Shown in pieces: positions 38,931 to 51,070 of a stretch of 64,000 nt of DNA. The position numbers and the translations under genes are program-made. Position 1 is the first letter of the stretch. Each line of letters starts with the position of its first letter. Below the pieces are notes generated by a model. It worked only from the letters and a program-made list of their open reading frames with translations. It was not told the origin of the DNA and made no database searches. Source of the stretch: Lama guanicoe (lineage: Eukaryota); NCBI GenBank assembly GCA_013239625.1, contig MU054187.1, forward strand, positions 18,034,711 through 18,098,710, given 5' to 3'.

Positions 38931-39671
38931 GTCCATGGTAGTCAAGAATGCTCTATACAGAAGGAATTACTCTATGAAAAAGGCATTGGCATTGAAGCGT
39001 CTCCACTTTGCCCTTGGTTATTCAGAATGTCGAACTAAATTCTATGACACTCAGAGGTCTAAACAGTCCCTACCTCATGGGAAGAGACTCAATCACATTC
39101 TTGGCAACATGAATATCTCCTGTCTTGTCTGCCTGGAAGGCTCACATTGAACACATATGATGAGGGTCTAAAAAGTGAGGAGATTTCATTCTCAAATAAA
39201 ATTGGTAAATAATCTAAATAAAACTAGTGAATAAAAAAAAAGGAAAATTAATATCAGTTGAGTTTAGTTTTCTCAGAAAAGTTCCAGTGCTGAAGTCCTG
39301 GAAGTCCTGGTTACTCCCTCCCACAATATGATTTCCACTCTAGCCTCGCTTACTTGCAGTACATTCTGGGGGTGGCCAAAGGCCAGTGCTAGGTCCTTTC
39401 TCAGCCCAGGTACAATTCTGTGGAGTACATTTATGAGATGCCCTTGCTCTCTCACTCACCTGTCTGTTCTTAGTTACAGAGCAATGACTTTCTGACCTGC
39501 TCGCTCGAGGCCTTGGGATGAACTAGTCACTTTCTGCTACCACCTAAGAGACTTGGGTGCCCATATTTGCATTTGATGCTGATCAGTCAAGCTCTGCTCA
39601 ACACCATGATCAATTTCCAATACAGGAGAAAAGGATGATTGTTCCCCTGGTCTGTGTGCGTTTTCTGTGTC

Positions 39672-40652
39672 TTTTTTTTTTAACTTTTTTTTAAATTGAT
39701 TTATAGTCAGTTTACAATGTTGTGTTAATTTCCAGCATACAGCACAACTTTTCAGTTATAGATGAACATACATATATATTCATCGTCACATTCTTTTTTG
39801 CTGTGAGCTACCATAAGATCTTGTATATATTTCCCTGTGCTATACAGTATAGTCTTGTTTATCTATTCGGCACATGCCTGTCAGTATCTACAAATTTTGA
39901 ACTCTGTCTGTCCCTTCCCACTCTCCTCTCCCTTGGCAACCACAAGTTTATATTCTATGTCTATGAGTCTGTTTCTGTTTTGTATTTATGTTCTTTTTTT
40001 TTTTTTTTTNNNNNNNNNNNNNNNNNNNNNNNNNNNNNNNNNNNNNNNNNNNNNNNNNNNNNNNNNNNNNNNNNNNNNNNNNNNNNNNNNNNNNNNNNNN
40101 NNNNNNNNNNNNNNNNNNNNNNNNNNNNNNNNNNNNNNNNNNNNNNNNNNNNNNNNNNNNNNNNNNNNNNNNNNNNNNNNNNNNNNNNNNNNNNNNNNNN
40201 NNNNNNNNNNNNNNNNNNNNNNNNNNNNNNNNNNNNNNNNNNNNNNNNNNNNNNNNNNNNNNNNNNNNNNNNNNNNNNNATTCCTTCTGATGCCCAAGAA
40301 CGGGATTCCTGGGTCATATGGTAAGTCTATTCCTAGTCTTTTGTGGAATCTCCATACTGTTTTCCACAGTGGCTGTACCAAACTGAATTCCCAACAGCAG
40401 TGCAGGAGGGTTCCCTTTTCTCCACAGCCTCTCCAGCATTTGTCATTTGTGGACTTTTGAATGATGGCTCTTCTGGCTGGTGTGAGGGGATACCTCATTG
40501 TAGTTTTGATTTGCATTTCTCTGATAAGTAGTGGTACTGAGCATTTTTTCATGTGCCTATTGATCATTTGTATTTCTTTCTTGGCAAATTGCTTTTTTAG
40601 GTCTTCTGCCCATTTTTGGATTTGGTTGTTTGTTTTTTTCTTATTAAGTCAT
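39672..40652 (-). mobile_element. Lineage-specific L1 3' end (about 1 kb), 3' part of the rRNA-L1 chimera
   Basis: Poly(T) at 39672; ORF 39986-40567(-) [18 protein letters not shown] is the L1 ORF2 Cys-rich C-terminus; spans the N-gap. Confidence 0.95.
40010..40279. other. Assembly gap (270 N)
   Basis: Direct reading. Confidence 1.
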
Positions 40653-40918
40653 GCGAGAGCCCCTCGGGGCTCACCCCGCTGCCTCACTGGGTCAGTGAAA
40701 AAGCGATCAGAGTAGTGGTAAATGGAGGAGGGGGGGCACCTTTTTCTACACCTCTCATGTCTCTTCACCGTGCCAGACTAGAACCAAGCTCAACAGGGTC
40801 TTCTTTCCCTGCTGATTCTGCCAAGTCTGTTCCCTTGGCTGTGGTTTTGCTGGATAGTAGGTAGGGACAGTGGGAGTCTCACATCCATTCAGGCACATCA
40901 CTAATTAGATGACGAGGA

Positions 40919-40951
<33 letters not shown>

Positions 40952-41040
40952 TGACGTTTACCCATGCTTCATTGAATTTCTTCACTTTGACATTCAGAAC
41001 ACTGGGCAGAAATCACACACCTACCACGGGCCTTCGCAAC
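40653..41040 (-). pseudogene. 28S rRNA pseudogene fragment (domain IV into L1-stalk region)
   Basis: Reverse complement reads GTGATTTCTGCCCAGTGTTCTGAATGTCAAAGTGAAGAAATTCAATGAAGC...GAGTAACTATGACTCTCTTAAGGTAGCCAAA...GAAAGAAGACCCTGTTGAGCTTG...TACCACTACTCTGATCG, with many CpG-type decays. Confidence 0.97.
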
Positions 41041-41519
41041 GTGTGTATTTTCTTGATTCCTAGATGCCTTATATTGCAAATTTGTTCATGATATTGCAGA
41101 GGTAAAAGAGAACTTATTATAAGGCTAAATTTTCACTTCCACTACTATTCTTGGCAACAGATAAAACTAATGATCAGAAGATGACCATTAGGCTCTGTAT
41201 CGGAACATTTTATAAATCAGTATTTAATGTTTACAAATGAATCTATGGAGAAAAGAACAAAAACTTTTAGTAAGCAAAAAGTAGATGATCAAATTTATGA
41301 TGACACTGATGAAGGCTAAAAGCTTATCTAGAAAATATAATAATGTGTTTTGTACTTTTTTGTGTTTGGTTATTCTATTTCACTATGAAGCAAGAATAAA
41401 AATTAAAAGCTAAAGTATGATGGAATTAATTTTCCATTAGAGAACACTTCCATTTCTTTAAGACTTTTAATTTTCACTTTTAACACTTGAAAGATTTTTA
41501 ACTGGAATCCAAATTATTA

Positions 41520-43695
41520 CTAGGTCCCCAGTCAGTGGGCTTTTTTGGCCATGGAACCCATACCACTGGCTTCTAAGGCAGGGAAACAAATGCACAGCTC
41601 TGCCCAATGGCTGAGTGTAACATCCAGTCCCACCATCCATGAAGCCTGGCCAGGGGACCTGGCAACAAGGAACTCACCCTGCAGCCCTGCTCAAGGAGCC
41701 AAGCCAGCAGCTCTGCCCAACTACCGAGTGTAGGCTCTGGCCCCACATAACCAGGGAGACTGAATATTGACCCTGGGCAACTTCAGAGCCCAACCTGTGG
41801 GACCAACAAGCTGCAGTGCCTCACCTTCCATCCTGCCCAGAAGTGGAACACAGCCTAACTTGCCCAACTGCTAAACACAGCCTGTGGCCTCCCCCAGGCA
41901 GGGAGCCCAGCCGGTGACCCCAGCCAATTGCAGGGCACAGTTTCCAGCCTCTCCCAACTGCTGGATACAGCTGGAGGCCAAAGGCACTTTTTAAAGAAAT
42001 AGAGAAAACAATCCTAGAATCCTATGAATCTGCCAAAGACGTAGCCAAAGCAACCCTAAGTAAGAACAAAGATGAAAGCATCACACTTCCTGATTTCAAG
42101 CTGTATATAAAGTTATAGTAATCAAAATCGTATGATACTGGCATAAAAAGAGATATACAAACCAGTACAACAGAAACTGATAGTCTAGAAATAAACCCAA
42201 CATATATGGTCAATTAATATTTTACAATGGAACCAAGAATACAATAGGAAAAGGACAGTCTCTTGAATAAATGATGATGGGAAAACTGGATACTCAAATG
42301 CAAAAGAATAAATTTTAACCCCTATCTTACACTACTCACAAAAATTAATTCAAAATTGATTAAAGACTTAAATGGAAGACCTGAAACCATAACACACTAG
42401 AAAACAACATAGAGAAAAATCTCCATGACATTGGTCTAGGCAGTGATTTTTTTTTTTGGATATGATACCAATAATTCAGGAAACAAAAGCAAAAATAAAC
42501 AAGTAAGACTACATCCAATGAAAAATCTTCTGCACAGCAAAGAAAATCATCAACAAAAGGAAAGAAATCTACAGAATTAGAGAAAATATTTGCAAACATA
42601 TGTTTGATAAGAAGTTAATATTTAAAATATGTAAGAAATCCATACAACTTCAATAGCAAAAATAATAATCATCATCTAATTTAAAAATGGGCAAATGACT
42701 TGAATAGACAGTTTTCCCAAGAAGATATTCAGATGGTTAGCAGGTACATGAAAAGGTGTTCAACATCACTAGTCATCAGGGAAATGCAAATCAAAACCAC
42801 AGTGAGATACTCACACCTGTTAGAATGGCTATAGTTAAAAAGACAAGGGGTAGCAAGTGACAGGGTAATGTGGCGAAAAGAGAACCGTTCCGCACTGTTG
42901 ATGGGAATGTAAACTGGTACAACCACTATGCAAAACATTATAGAGGAGCCTCAAGAACATTCTACTTCTGGTATGTAACTGAGGGAAATGAAATCACTGT
43001 CTCAAAAAGATACCTACACTCACATGTTCACAGCTGCATTATTTATATCAACCATTACTTATAGTAGCCAAGACATGAAAACAACCTATGTGTCCATCAA
43101 TGGATAAACAAGTAAACAATATGTTCAATGGACTATTCAATGTTCATATATTCAATGGATCTCTCAATTATTTTTTTTTTTGTAAAAAAAGGAAAATCCT
43201 CCCATTCATGAGAACATGGAGTGTACCTTGAGGGAATTTTACTAAATGAAATGAGTCAGACGGAGAAGGATAATTACAGTATGATTTCACTTATATGTGG
43301 AATCTAAAAAAACCAAACTCATGGAAACAAAGAGCAGATTCATGGTTGCCAGGGGCAGAAGGAGTGGGTAGGGCAGGAAACATGGAAAAAGGTAGTCAAG
43401 GGTACAAACTTCCAGTTATAAGATGAGTAAGCTCTGGGGCTGTAAAGTAAAGCATGTTTATTATATTGAACACTACTGCATTGCACATGTGAAAGTTGCT
43501 AGGAGAGAAGATCTTAAAAGTTCTCACTCCCCACTCCTAAAAAATTTTAACTCTGTGAGGTTATAGGTGGGTTAACTAACTTTATTGCAGTAATCATTTT
43601 CCAGTGTATGTGTATATCAAATCATCAGAATATACACCTGAAACTGACACAATGTTATATGTCAATTATATCTCATTAAATCTGGGGAAACAAAA
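41520..43695 (+). mobile_element. L1 (L1MA9-like 3' end): putative 5' UTR repeats joined to the distal part of ORF2
   Basis: 41520-41976 GC-richer repeats (GCCCAACTGC...CACAGCC) resembling L1M3 5' UTR; ORF2 from about 41977; 3' end GTCAATTATATCTCATTAAATCTGG. Confidence 0.85.
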
Positions 43696-44439
43696 AGACA
43701 ATCAAAATGAGAGGAGGAATGTAAGTTAGTGATTCTAGATAAAAAAGAAAAGAAAAAGAGTCCCCAAGTTTGGCAGATTAGAAGTTAACACCTAAAACAC
43801 CCAATTTTCAGACCTCAGTTGCTCCAAGAATAATGCTGTCATTAACAGAAACAGAAAAATTTGGTAGAGTTGAGTTTGTGGGCAGGGAGGATGATAAGCT
43901 CAAGTCTTAGCCATGCTGATGCTGAGTTCTAGGAAGACATCTAACTGGAAAAATACAAAAAGAAAGAATGTAGGACTAAAGCGAAATATAAAAAGAGACA
44001 TAAAGATTGGAAGCGGTGGGGGGAAGCAGAAGTTTTAGCTGAATTCATGAAAATGTGGAGGCTGCTGGAACTTGAAGGAGTAAGGTCACAGTCTGAAAGG
44101 AATTATCATTTGGTCAAATATATGTGTATAATGTTAACTCTGTGGAAGAGTGAGAATTTTATTTTTCTTTGAAATAGGCAAAGGAGAGAAAGAAAGTGTA
44201 GGCATGCATTTTATTGAGCTTCGCTGTACTGTGTAGCCTCATTGGAAGGAACTCTCCTTCCTTGACCCATGCACAGCCTACGCCCTTACTTTAATGGCCA
44301 CTCTGGTCATGTCTGGTCACAGGCCAATTGGGAAAACACTGAAATGGCCAAAGACACAAGCTAGCAGATTTCCATAGGATAGGTTATCCTGTCTAATTGT
44401 ATGTACTTGAAAATTACATGGTGACAGAGACAATAATTC

Positions 44440-44785
44440 ACGTATTTTGTACCCCTCCCATAATTCTATCCATATGCCTCTTCCTAGATCTGTTTATCTT
44501 ATCCCTCCCATGTCTCGGCTCCATCTGCTTGACTATCTTTTTCTCGTGTCTATTCTTGACACCTCACATAAATGGAATCATATAATATGTGATCTTCTGT
44601 AACTGGCTTCTTTCACATAGCATAATGTTTTTTCAAAGTTCATTCATGTTGAAGCATGTTTCAGTAGTTAAGTATCTATACTGCCAAGTAATATGTCACT
44701 GAATGGATGTTTTGTTCATCCAGGGTATCAGTAGATGGGCATTTGAGTTGTTTGAAATTTCTGGCTCGTAGGAATCATGTTACAC
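44440..44785 (-). mobile_element. L1MB-like 3' UTR fragment
   Basis: CACATAAATGGAATCATATAATATGTG...CTGGCTTCTTTCACATAGCATAATGTTT. Confidence 0.8.
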
Positions 44786-46636
44786 AATCACACAGTGCCA
44801 GTCAACACCTATGTCTGTTCTGCTGTGTGACTCCTCTCTCTGAAATGCTCTCTGCCACCAGTAATCTCCTTAAAGATGATTTCATAGCCCTGAACAGATA
44901 TTTAAGATATCATATCGACCATGTTCCCGAAATTTGGCAAAAATCCATTCAAGTCATTTTAACTGATAAAAAGTAGGCAGAAACCTATTAAATATTATAA
45001 AAAAAATAAATCAGAGAATATTGGGTTTTGCACCTGCAAAAAATGTTTTGTTTAATCACTCCATCATGAATATCTTTACTCTTCGGTCCATAACAATCTA
45101 CTTTTTTCTTTTTAAAAACTTTATAATATGTTGAAGAGTTCTACTACATTGTATTAATTGGTCAACTATTTTGGACATTTTAAAATCAATATTTCATGCT
45201 GTAATGGACATGTTCCTACATTTATGTTTTGGTACCCTTGGCAAAGTTTCTGTAGACTAAATTCCTAGAGAAGGGATTATTGGCCAAAGATTCTAAGTAT
45301 CTTAAATTAATTGATAATAGCCTTTACTAACCAAAACAATAGAAAAACTCAGCACTCTCACAAACCCATACAGGAAGCAGTTTTTCCCCACCCCTTCCCA
45401 ACATTGGACAGTGTCAGTAGATTTTCTCACTCTCAGTAAAGTATACAATGATTATAGTAACAGTGAATTTAGCCATTACTCATTTCAATCTTGCCCCATT
45501 TTTGTTTTCTGTGCTTTTGTTTTTTCAATGTGGGGAGGCCTGCTAAAGTGAAGTGATTTTTGCAAATTCCTTTTTTTTTAATTGAACAGGCATAGGAGGA
45601 TGCCAGAATAATTAAAATGCCCTGTTACTTAATTTTCATCAATTTTCTAAGAATAGACTTCCTACATGGTGTTTTTACCATTTAAAAAATGAATGAATGA
45701 AATGGTAGATTTTAAAGACAGTTAAGCTTTAGGTAAGTAGATAATGATGTGTAATGATAGATGAGCTTTATGGCATTTGTGGTATTTTAAGGCATCCCAG
45801 GTAAGTAGTGAAGTAACTACTTACTGAGCACAACGAGCATCAGTAAGCTTTATTATGTAATCAAAAAGATGGGATATAAATGTAACTGTTTTCCACTGAT
45901 TTTGAAGGGGTGACAAAATGCTCATCACAATATCTTGTTGCAAAGGCAGAATTTCCTAAGTTGTAAAGAGTTTTCCTCTCAAGCTGAACTTTCCTTGCTG
46001 TTTATAGTGAGGGAGCTTACATGAATGGCCGCTTCTCTGAAAGAAATAAACAAATTAGCAGCTGGCAAAGAGGCCCATTGTAGAATAATAAATGTGGCTG
46101 TCGTGTGGTCTCCCACTGCATCTCACCCAGACGCAAGGCATAAAGCACGTTCTTCTCTCATGGAGCCCATATCCACTACAACAACTAATGAAATGTAAAT
46201 GAGTTGTCTGATCTGGTTATTGTCCATCACTGTTACATCAACTGGAGTTCCTGGTTGCAAAAAACAGATGCCAACCTTGACTAATTTAAGCACCAAAATA
46301 TTTTATTTGGAAGATATTAAATACTTCACAGAATCTTAATGTGGGAGTATTAGGAGGCGGGGGAGGAAAAGGGAAGAGGGAAGGCAGACAGCCAGGTCTG
46401 AGGATACAGAAAAAGTCCCCAAAACACCACTGTGTCTTGAAACAGATCCTAAAGCTTGTACTGACCATTCAGCCAGCGCTGGACAGAGGAGCAGCTGCCA
46501 CAGGGCTGCTGCCAGTTCTGCCTCTCCAGACCTGTGGTGACCTCCACCACCGTCTCCAGGATGCATCCCACAGGCCCTGCTTCTTCGCATCGTTACCTTC
46601 TCAGGCAGAGGTGAACGCAAGTGTCTGGATAAACAG

Positions 46637-47293
46637 CATTACTGAAGGCAAGTTTGTGTGCCCACCCCATCCTGAGGCCAAACAAACTGAAACACCAGTA
46701 GTTTGGAGACAAGAAAAGCTTATTGCAGGCTGAGCAAAGAGGACAGGGTGGCTCATGCCCAAGAAAACCCTGAACTCCCCAGTTTCAGCAAAGGAAATTT
46801 AATAGCCAGGTAAGGGAGAAGAGTCGCAGTTACATGATCAGCTTTTGTGCATTCTGTGATTGGTTAATGTTGAGGTAACAGGGCAGTCAGCAACATCAGA
46901 AGGTCTGGGGGCCACGTGTTGTCAGTCATCAAGTAGTGGCCTCTCCCTTGTCTTCTGAGATGGCCCACCCTCTGTCTATGGAGTGTGTATCTACTGAGCA
47001 CCCAATCCCCACACCTCACGGCCTTTCTCTTGCCATTTGAAATAGCCTGTACTCTGCCTATGGAGTATGTATCTCTGGATAAATCTACCTTTACTCAAAA
47101 AAATAAAAAATAAAATCATCAAGTAGTTAATTTCTTCCCTTTGGTGGTGATTTTTAGCATCTGAAACTCTCAGGAACTATACATGAGATGCTGTTATCTG
47201 GGTACTAGTGCTGAGTACTGAGAGGAGCTGCAGCAGAGGATGTGCGGGAGGAGGCTGACCCTGGAAAGCCCCACAGGGTCCTGCTCGGTTACA
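46637..47293 (-). mobile_element. ERV1 solo LTR related to 33827-34419, carrying a nested insertion
   Basis: Shares reverse-complement motifs (AAACAAACTGAAAC...AGTTTGGAG; GGTCCTGCTCGGTTACA); TSD ACAG/AGAG. Confidence 0.85.
46938..47115 (+). mobile_element. L1-mobilised polyadenylated LTR-transcript fragment
   Basis: 12-bp TSD TCATCAAGTAGT on both sides; GATAAA at 47078; A tail from 47097. Confidence 0.85.
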
Positions 47294-47329
47294 AGAGCTC
47301 AAAGAAAGATTGAAGACTAAGTGTCTGGT

Positions 47330-47796
47330 TGTGTGGTCAGGCCATTCAAGGTGGCTGTCCTCTTGCTGTCTGTACGTCCCCTGCTCAACCAGTGCCTGCT
47401 GCCCCTACATCTACTCACCTGAGTGACCTTCCGACATACTTACCCTCACCCCAGCTAATAATTGCTCTAACTTTAGCCATCACGATAGCCTATCAAAGGG
47501 GTGATGAGGGCTGTGTCCCTCTGCTGGTTTCCCTGGTAACTGGTGTGCGTGCCAATCTGACATCAATTTCCCCATAACTGCTAACTGTCCTCCTCTCCCC
47601 TCCCCTCTGGGGAGTGAAATTTGCTGCCATGTTCTGTCCCCACCCCCTCAGCTACATGTGATGGAGAGTCACTCCAGGACCTTGCTTCAGACAAGTTAGC
47701 TCCCCATGCATTAAACCATTGATATCTCTGTCACTGACTTTGGTCTTGAAGCTAGGTGGGCACAAGCCTTGTAGGCCTGCAGAGTACAGTCCAATA
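47330..47796 (+). mobile_element. ERV solo LTR (family not assigned)
   Basis: CCATTCAAGGTGGC near start; ATTAAA at 47710; GTAGGCCTGC...GTACAGTCCAA end. Confidence 0.7.
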
Positions 47797-48449
47797 CAGG
47801 CATTTTATGCTTCTATATTAGGGTGGCTCTGTGCCACTCATATAGTGGAAGATGAGTCCAACAGGAATTCAGAGACTGGAAAGCCAGAAAGAATGACAGA
47901 CATTTATGGCAATTCCAAAATATCAGGGCTATTTCTTTATTACAGCTGAAGTTAAATTTTCCCTTATATCTTTTTGCATCAAAAGTGTTTATTTGAATGA
48001 AAGGGCTACTGTAATATTCATTTTCTTTCCATCCTCTTTTTATCAATATTCATGTTTCCTTTCTTTGGGGACCACATATGCTGGTTTAATTTTTAATCCA
48101 ACCTGATTTGGAGAGTTCATTTTACCTCTTCAAATTTTTATAACTATTACAATTATACCTTTTCCACATCTGAATTCATATTTTCTATTTGTCAAACTTA
48201 CATGGCTTCTGCTTTTCTCCTTTTTTTTTTTCTTTCCATTGGATACTTTTCCTCTTTGGATTTATTTTTAATACATTCTCTTTCATTTTTGGTTGCTTAT
48301 TAAATCCTATGCATATATTTCTATTCGTATCTCAATACATTAAATATATCAATATTTACGTCATGTACTGGATTAAGACAAGTATCTTAGTACGCTCTTA
48401 CCTCAATTTATTCTTTTGGTATTTTCCATTTCCAATTACCACACAACGC

Positions 48450-48635
48450 CTGCGCTGTCAAAAACAGCAGCCACTAACATGTGAGTATTTAAATTATTTA
48501 GTTAAGAAAAATTTAGATTTTAGTTTCTTTGTTGCTCTAGTCACACTTCATGTGATCAATAGCCCATGTGGCTTCCATACTGTATAGTATAAACGCAGAA
48601 GAGTTTCATCATCACAGTTTGATTGCACAACACTG
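48450..48635 (-). mobile_element. MER3-like hAT-Charlie MITE
   Basis: CTGCGCTGTC...AGCCACTA...CAATAGCCCATGTGGCT...CATCATCACAG...ACAACACTG. Confidence 0.8.
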
Positions 48636-49005
48636 GGCTAAATTTTAATTCTAGATGATTATGGACACATGTTTTTATATTTTATCTTTATTATTTAGAC
48701 AATAATATTTACCAACGTATTAATAAGTGCATTTCCCCCATATCCCTCAGGGTTCTCACGGATTAGCTTCTTCTCTTGCTATATACTTCTTCGAAGAGTA
48801 TTTTTCCAAGAAGAAGTTTGGGTATTCAATCATATCAACTCTGTATTCCTGGAAATACCTTTAGTTTATACTTGTATGTCAACATTACTCTAACTGGGCA
48901 TAAAATTCTGTGCCTAGTGTTCTTTCTTTTAATCATTTGGAACATAATTTTCCATTTTCTTCTCAAATCTAGTGACACTATTGAGAAACTAAGTGAGACA
49001 ATCTC

Positions 49006-49300
49006 AGTGGTAAATTGAAATACTGACTCCAATTGTTTGCTTCTCTTTCTATTCACATCCTTTGCATGTTAACATCGCAGTCTTTCATATTAAAGGCAGA
49101 GAGGACTCACCAGCTCTTTGAATTTGGATTTGGCCACATGACTGATTCTAGTCAATGAAATGTAGTTGAAATGATACAGTACTGGCTCTGAAAATAGGAC
49201 TTAGAGCCCTCCCGGGTTCCCACGTTCCCTTTTGCGCCCCTGCCCTCACCATAAAAAGAGCTTCCCCTGGTCGCTGCTGCCCCTCAGCCTAAACGATAAA
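49006..49300 (+). mobile_element. MLT1H-like LTR 5' part
   Basis: TTTGAATTTGGATTTGGCCACATGACT...CCTGCCCTCACCAT. Confidence 0.65.
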
Positions 49301-50667
49301 ATAAAACAAATGCAAAGGAGATCTTTATGTTAAAATTATATTTTTATCCCCAATATTTTCAATTAGCTCTTATTCATACTAACTCATCTCTTTGAGGACT
49401 ATGTGATTATCAACTATCATGACTCTTAATACCTCTCAAGTAGAAAAAGATTCTTGGATTTAGCTTGTCCTCCTCTAGGTGAGTTTTAGGAGGAAATGGT
49501 CTCAAGGCAAAGTGTCGCATTCTGGGGTTGTATTTTATTCCGTGCTACCTACCGCTATTTCTCCTTAATCCACAAAGAAACCATGATGGACCTCGTACAA
49601 GGCACTGCTTTCCTCTGAGGAGCCATCGTGCTTTTGTGTCACTAGCTAGCTCAGTGCGTAAGGGGATAGGGGAGCCTTCAGGCCGTGCCGATCAGCCTGA
49701 GATCACTGTAAGAATTAGTTCACCCTACTCTTGGTCCATATGCCATTGCTGGCCCTGGTCTGGGTTAATAGCTTTCCTGATCCTTAGGTGGGATGGTGCA
49801 GGCAACGGTCCCCTTAGGTTATGTGGATAAGAGAGATGGATACATAGCAAGAGCTTTCCCCCAACCTAGTTATGGGGCCTCACTTAGGCTCCCTAACATC
49901 CATCACCTCATCATACACACACTCTGGGGCCCCAAACCTTTAGTGTCCCCCCAAATTTCTTACTTTTTTATGTGATATGTTGAAATTGATTCTAATATCT
50001 ACCTGCCTCTGTTTCTTGTGAGGCATGTTCCAAAATCTATTTCAGGGAGGGATCAGAATCCTTTGTAGCTCACCATCATATGCTTCAAATATTTTTATAA
50101 ACATTACAAGCCCCAGGGGTATTCTGAGGAAGCTCACTCCCTGGTATGACAAGGGCAGCTCCGAATGATGCATTCAAAATAATTCTTCAGTACATGGATT
50201 TAAGTAAAACCAGACACCATCTGGAAGAAAGTCCTTTAAGCTTTACTTTGTTGATTTGAAAAGTAAAAACCAAACACTCTTTTTTTCAGCTCTTTCAATG
50301 GTCCTTTCCTGACAAGCGCATCTCAACATATCTCCTTGGTTATGTTCCATGATATCACCCTTTTTTAGTGTTTCATTGCTTTACCTGAACCAGAAATCAT
50401 TGTAATTTTAAAATTTGTTTATTGCTTGTCTTTCTCCATCAGATTGTAAACTCCATGAGGGCCCATATCATTCTGCCCTTTACCCACAATGCCTAGGAAA
50501 TATCTCCCACATGGTGGATACTTAATACATATATTTGTTAAATAGATGAACAACTCCTCTTTGGGAATTAAATAATCTTACAGAGTTACTGGATTTCATA
50601 CGAGACTTACACAAAAGGCCATTGCTGGAACCTTCTTGTACATTTCTTGGTATTCACAATAAACGCC

Positions 50668-51070
50668 TATATTCATTTATTTGGGCTGTAATGACAAAAT
50701 ACCACAATATGAGAGGCTTCAACAACTGAAATTTACTGTCTCACTCTTGTGGAGGCTAGATGTCTGAAAATGAAGGTATTGGTGGGGTTGGTTCTTTCTG
50801 AGGATAATCTGCTGTAGAAAGACTCTATCCCAGGCCTCTTTCCTTGGCTGCAAAGATGGTCATCTTCATGTTTACACCACCTTTATCCTTATATGCGTGA
50901 CCATGTGTCCAAATTTCTCCTTTTTATAAGCCAGTTATATTGGATCAGTGCCCACTTTAATAATGATTTAATTTCAATCTGATTACCCTTTTAAAGAATC
51001 TATCTCCAATATGTCTCTTAGAGGTCAGTGCTTTACCATGAATTTTGAGGAGACAGTTCAACTCACAACA
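50668..51070 (-). mobile_element. MaLR solo LTR (MLT1B/C-like)
   Basis: GGGCTGTAATGACAAAATACCACA...GGAGGCTAGATGTCTGA...CAGTTCAACTCACAACA. Confidence 0.85.

Noticed and set aside
39722..40567. Long ORFs of 100-207 aa
   Set aside because: Artefacts of translating through the 270-N gap inside an L1.
40653..41040. Functional rRNA gene or rDNA contamination
   Set aside because: Short internal fragment with CpG decay and deletions, fused to L1 within a TSD.
33827..47293. Full provirus bounded by two related LTRs
   Set aside because: The LTRs are in opposite orientation, each has its own TSD, and no gag/pol/env lies between them.
48189..48587. Hydrophobic 132-aa membrane-protein ORF
   Set aside because: T-rich low-complexity DNA overlapping a MER3-like relic, with no recognisable homology.
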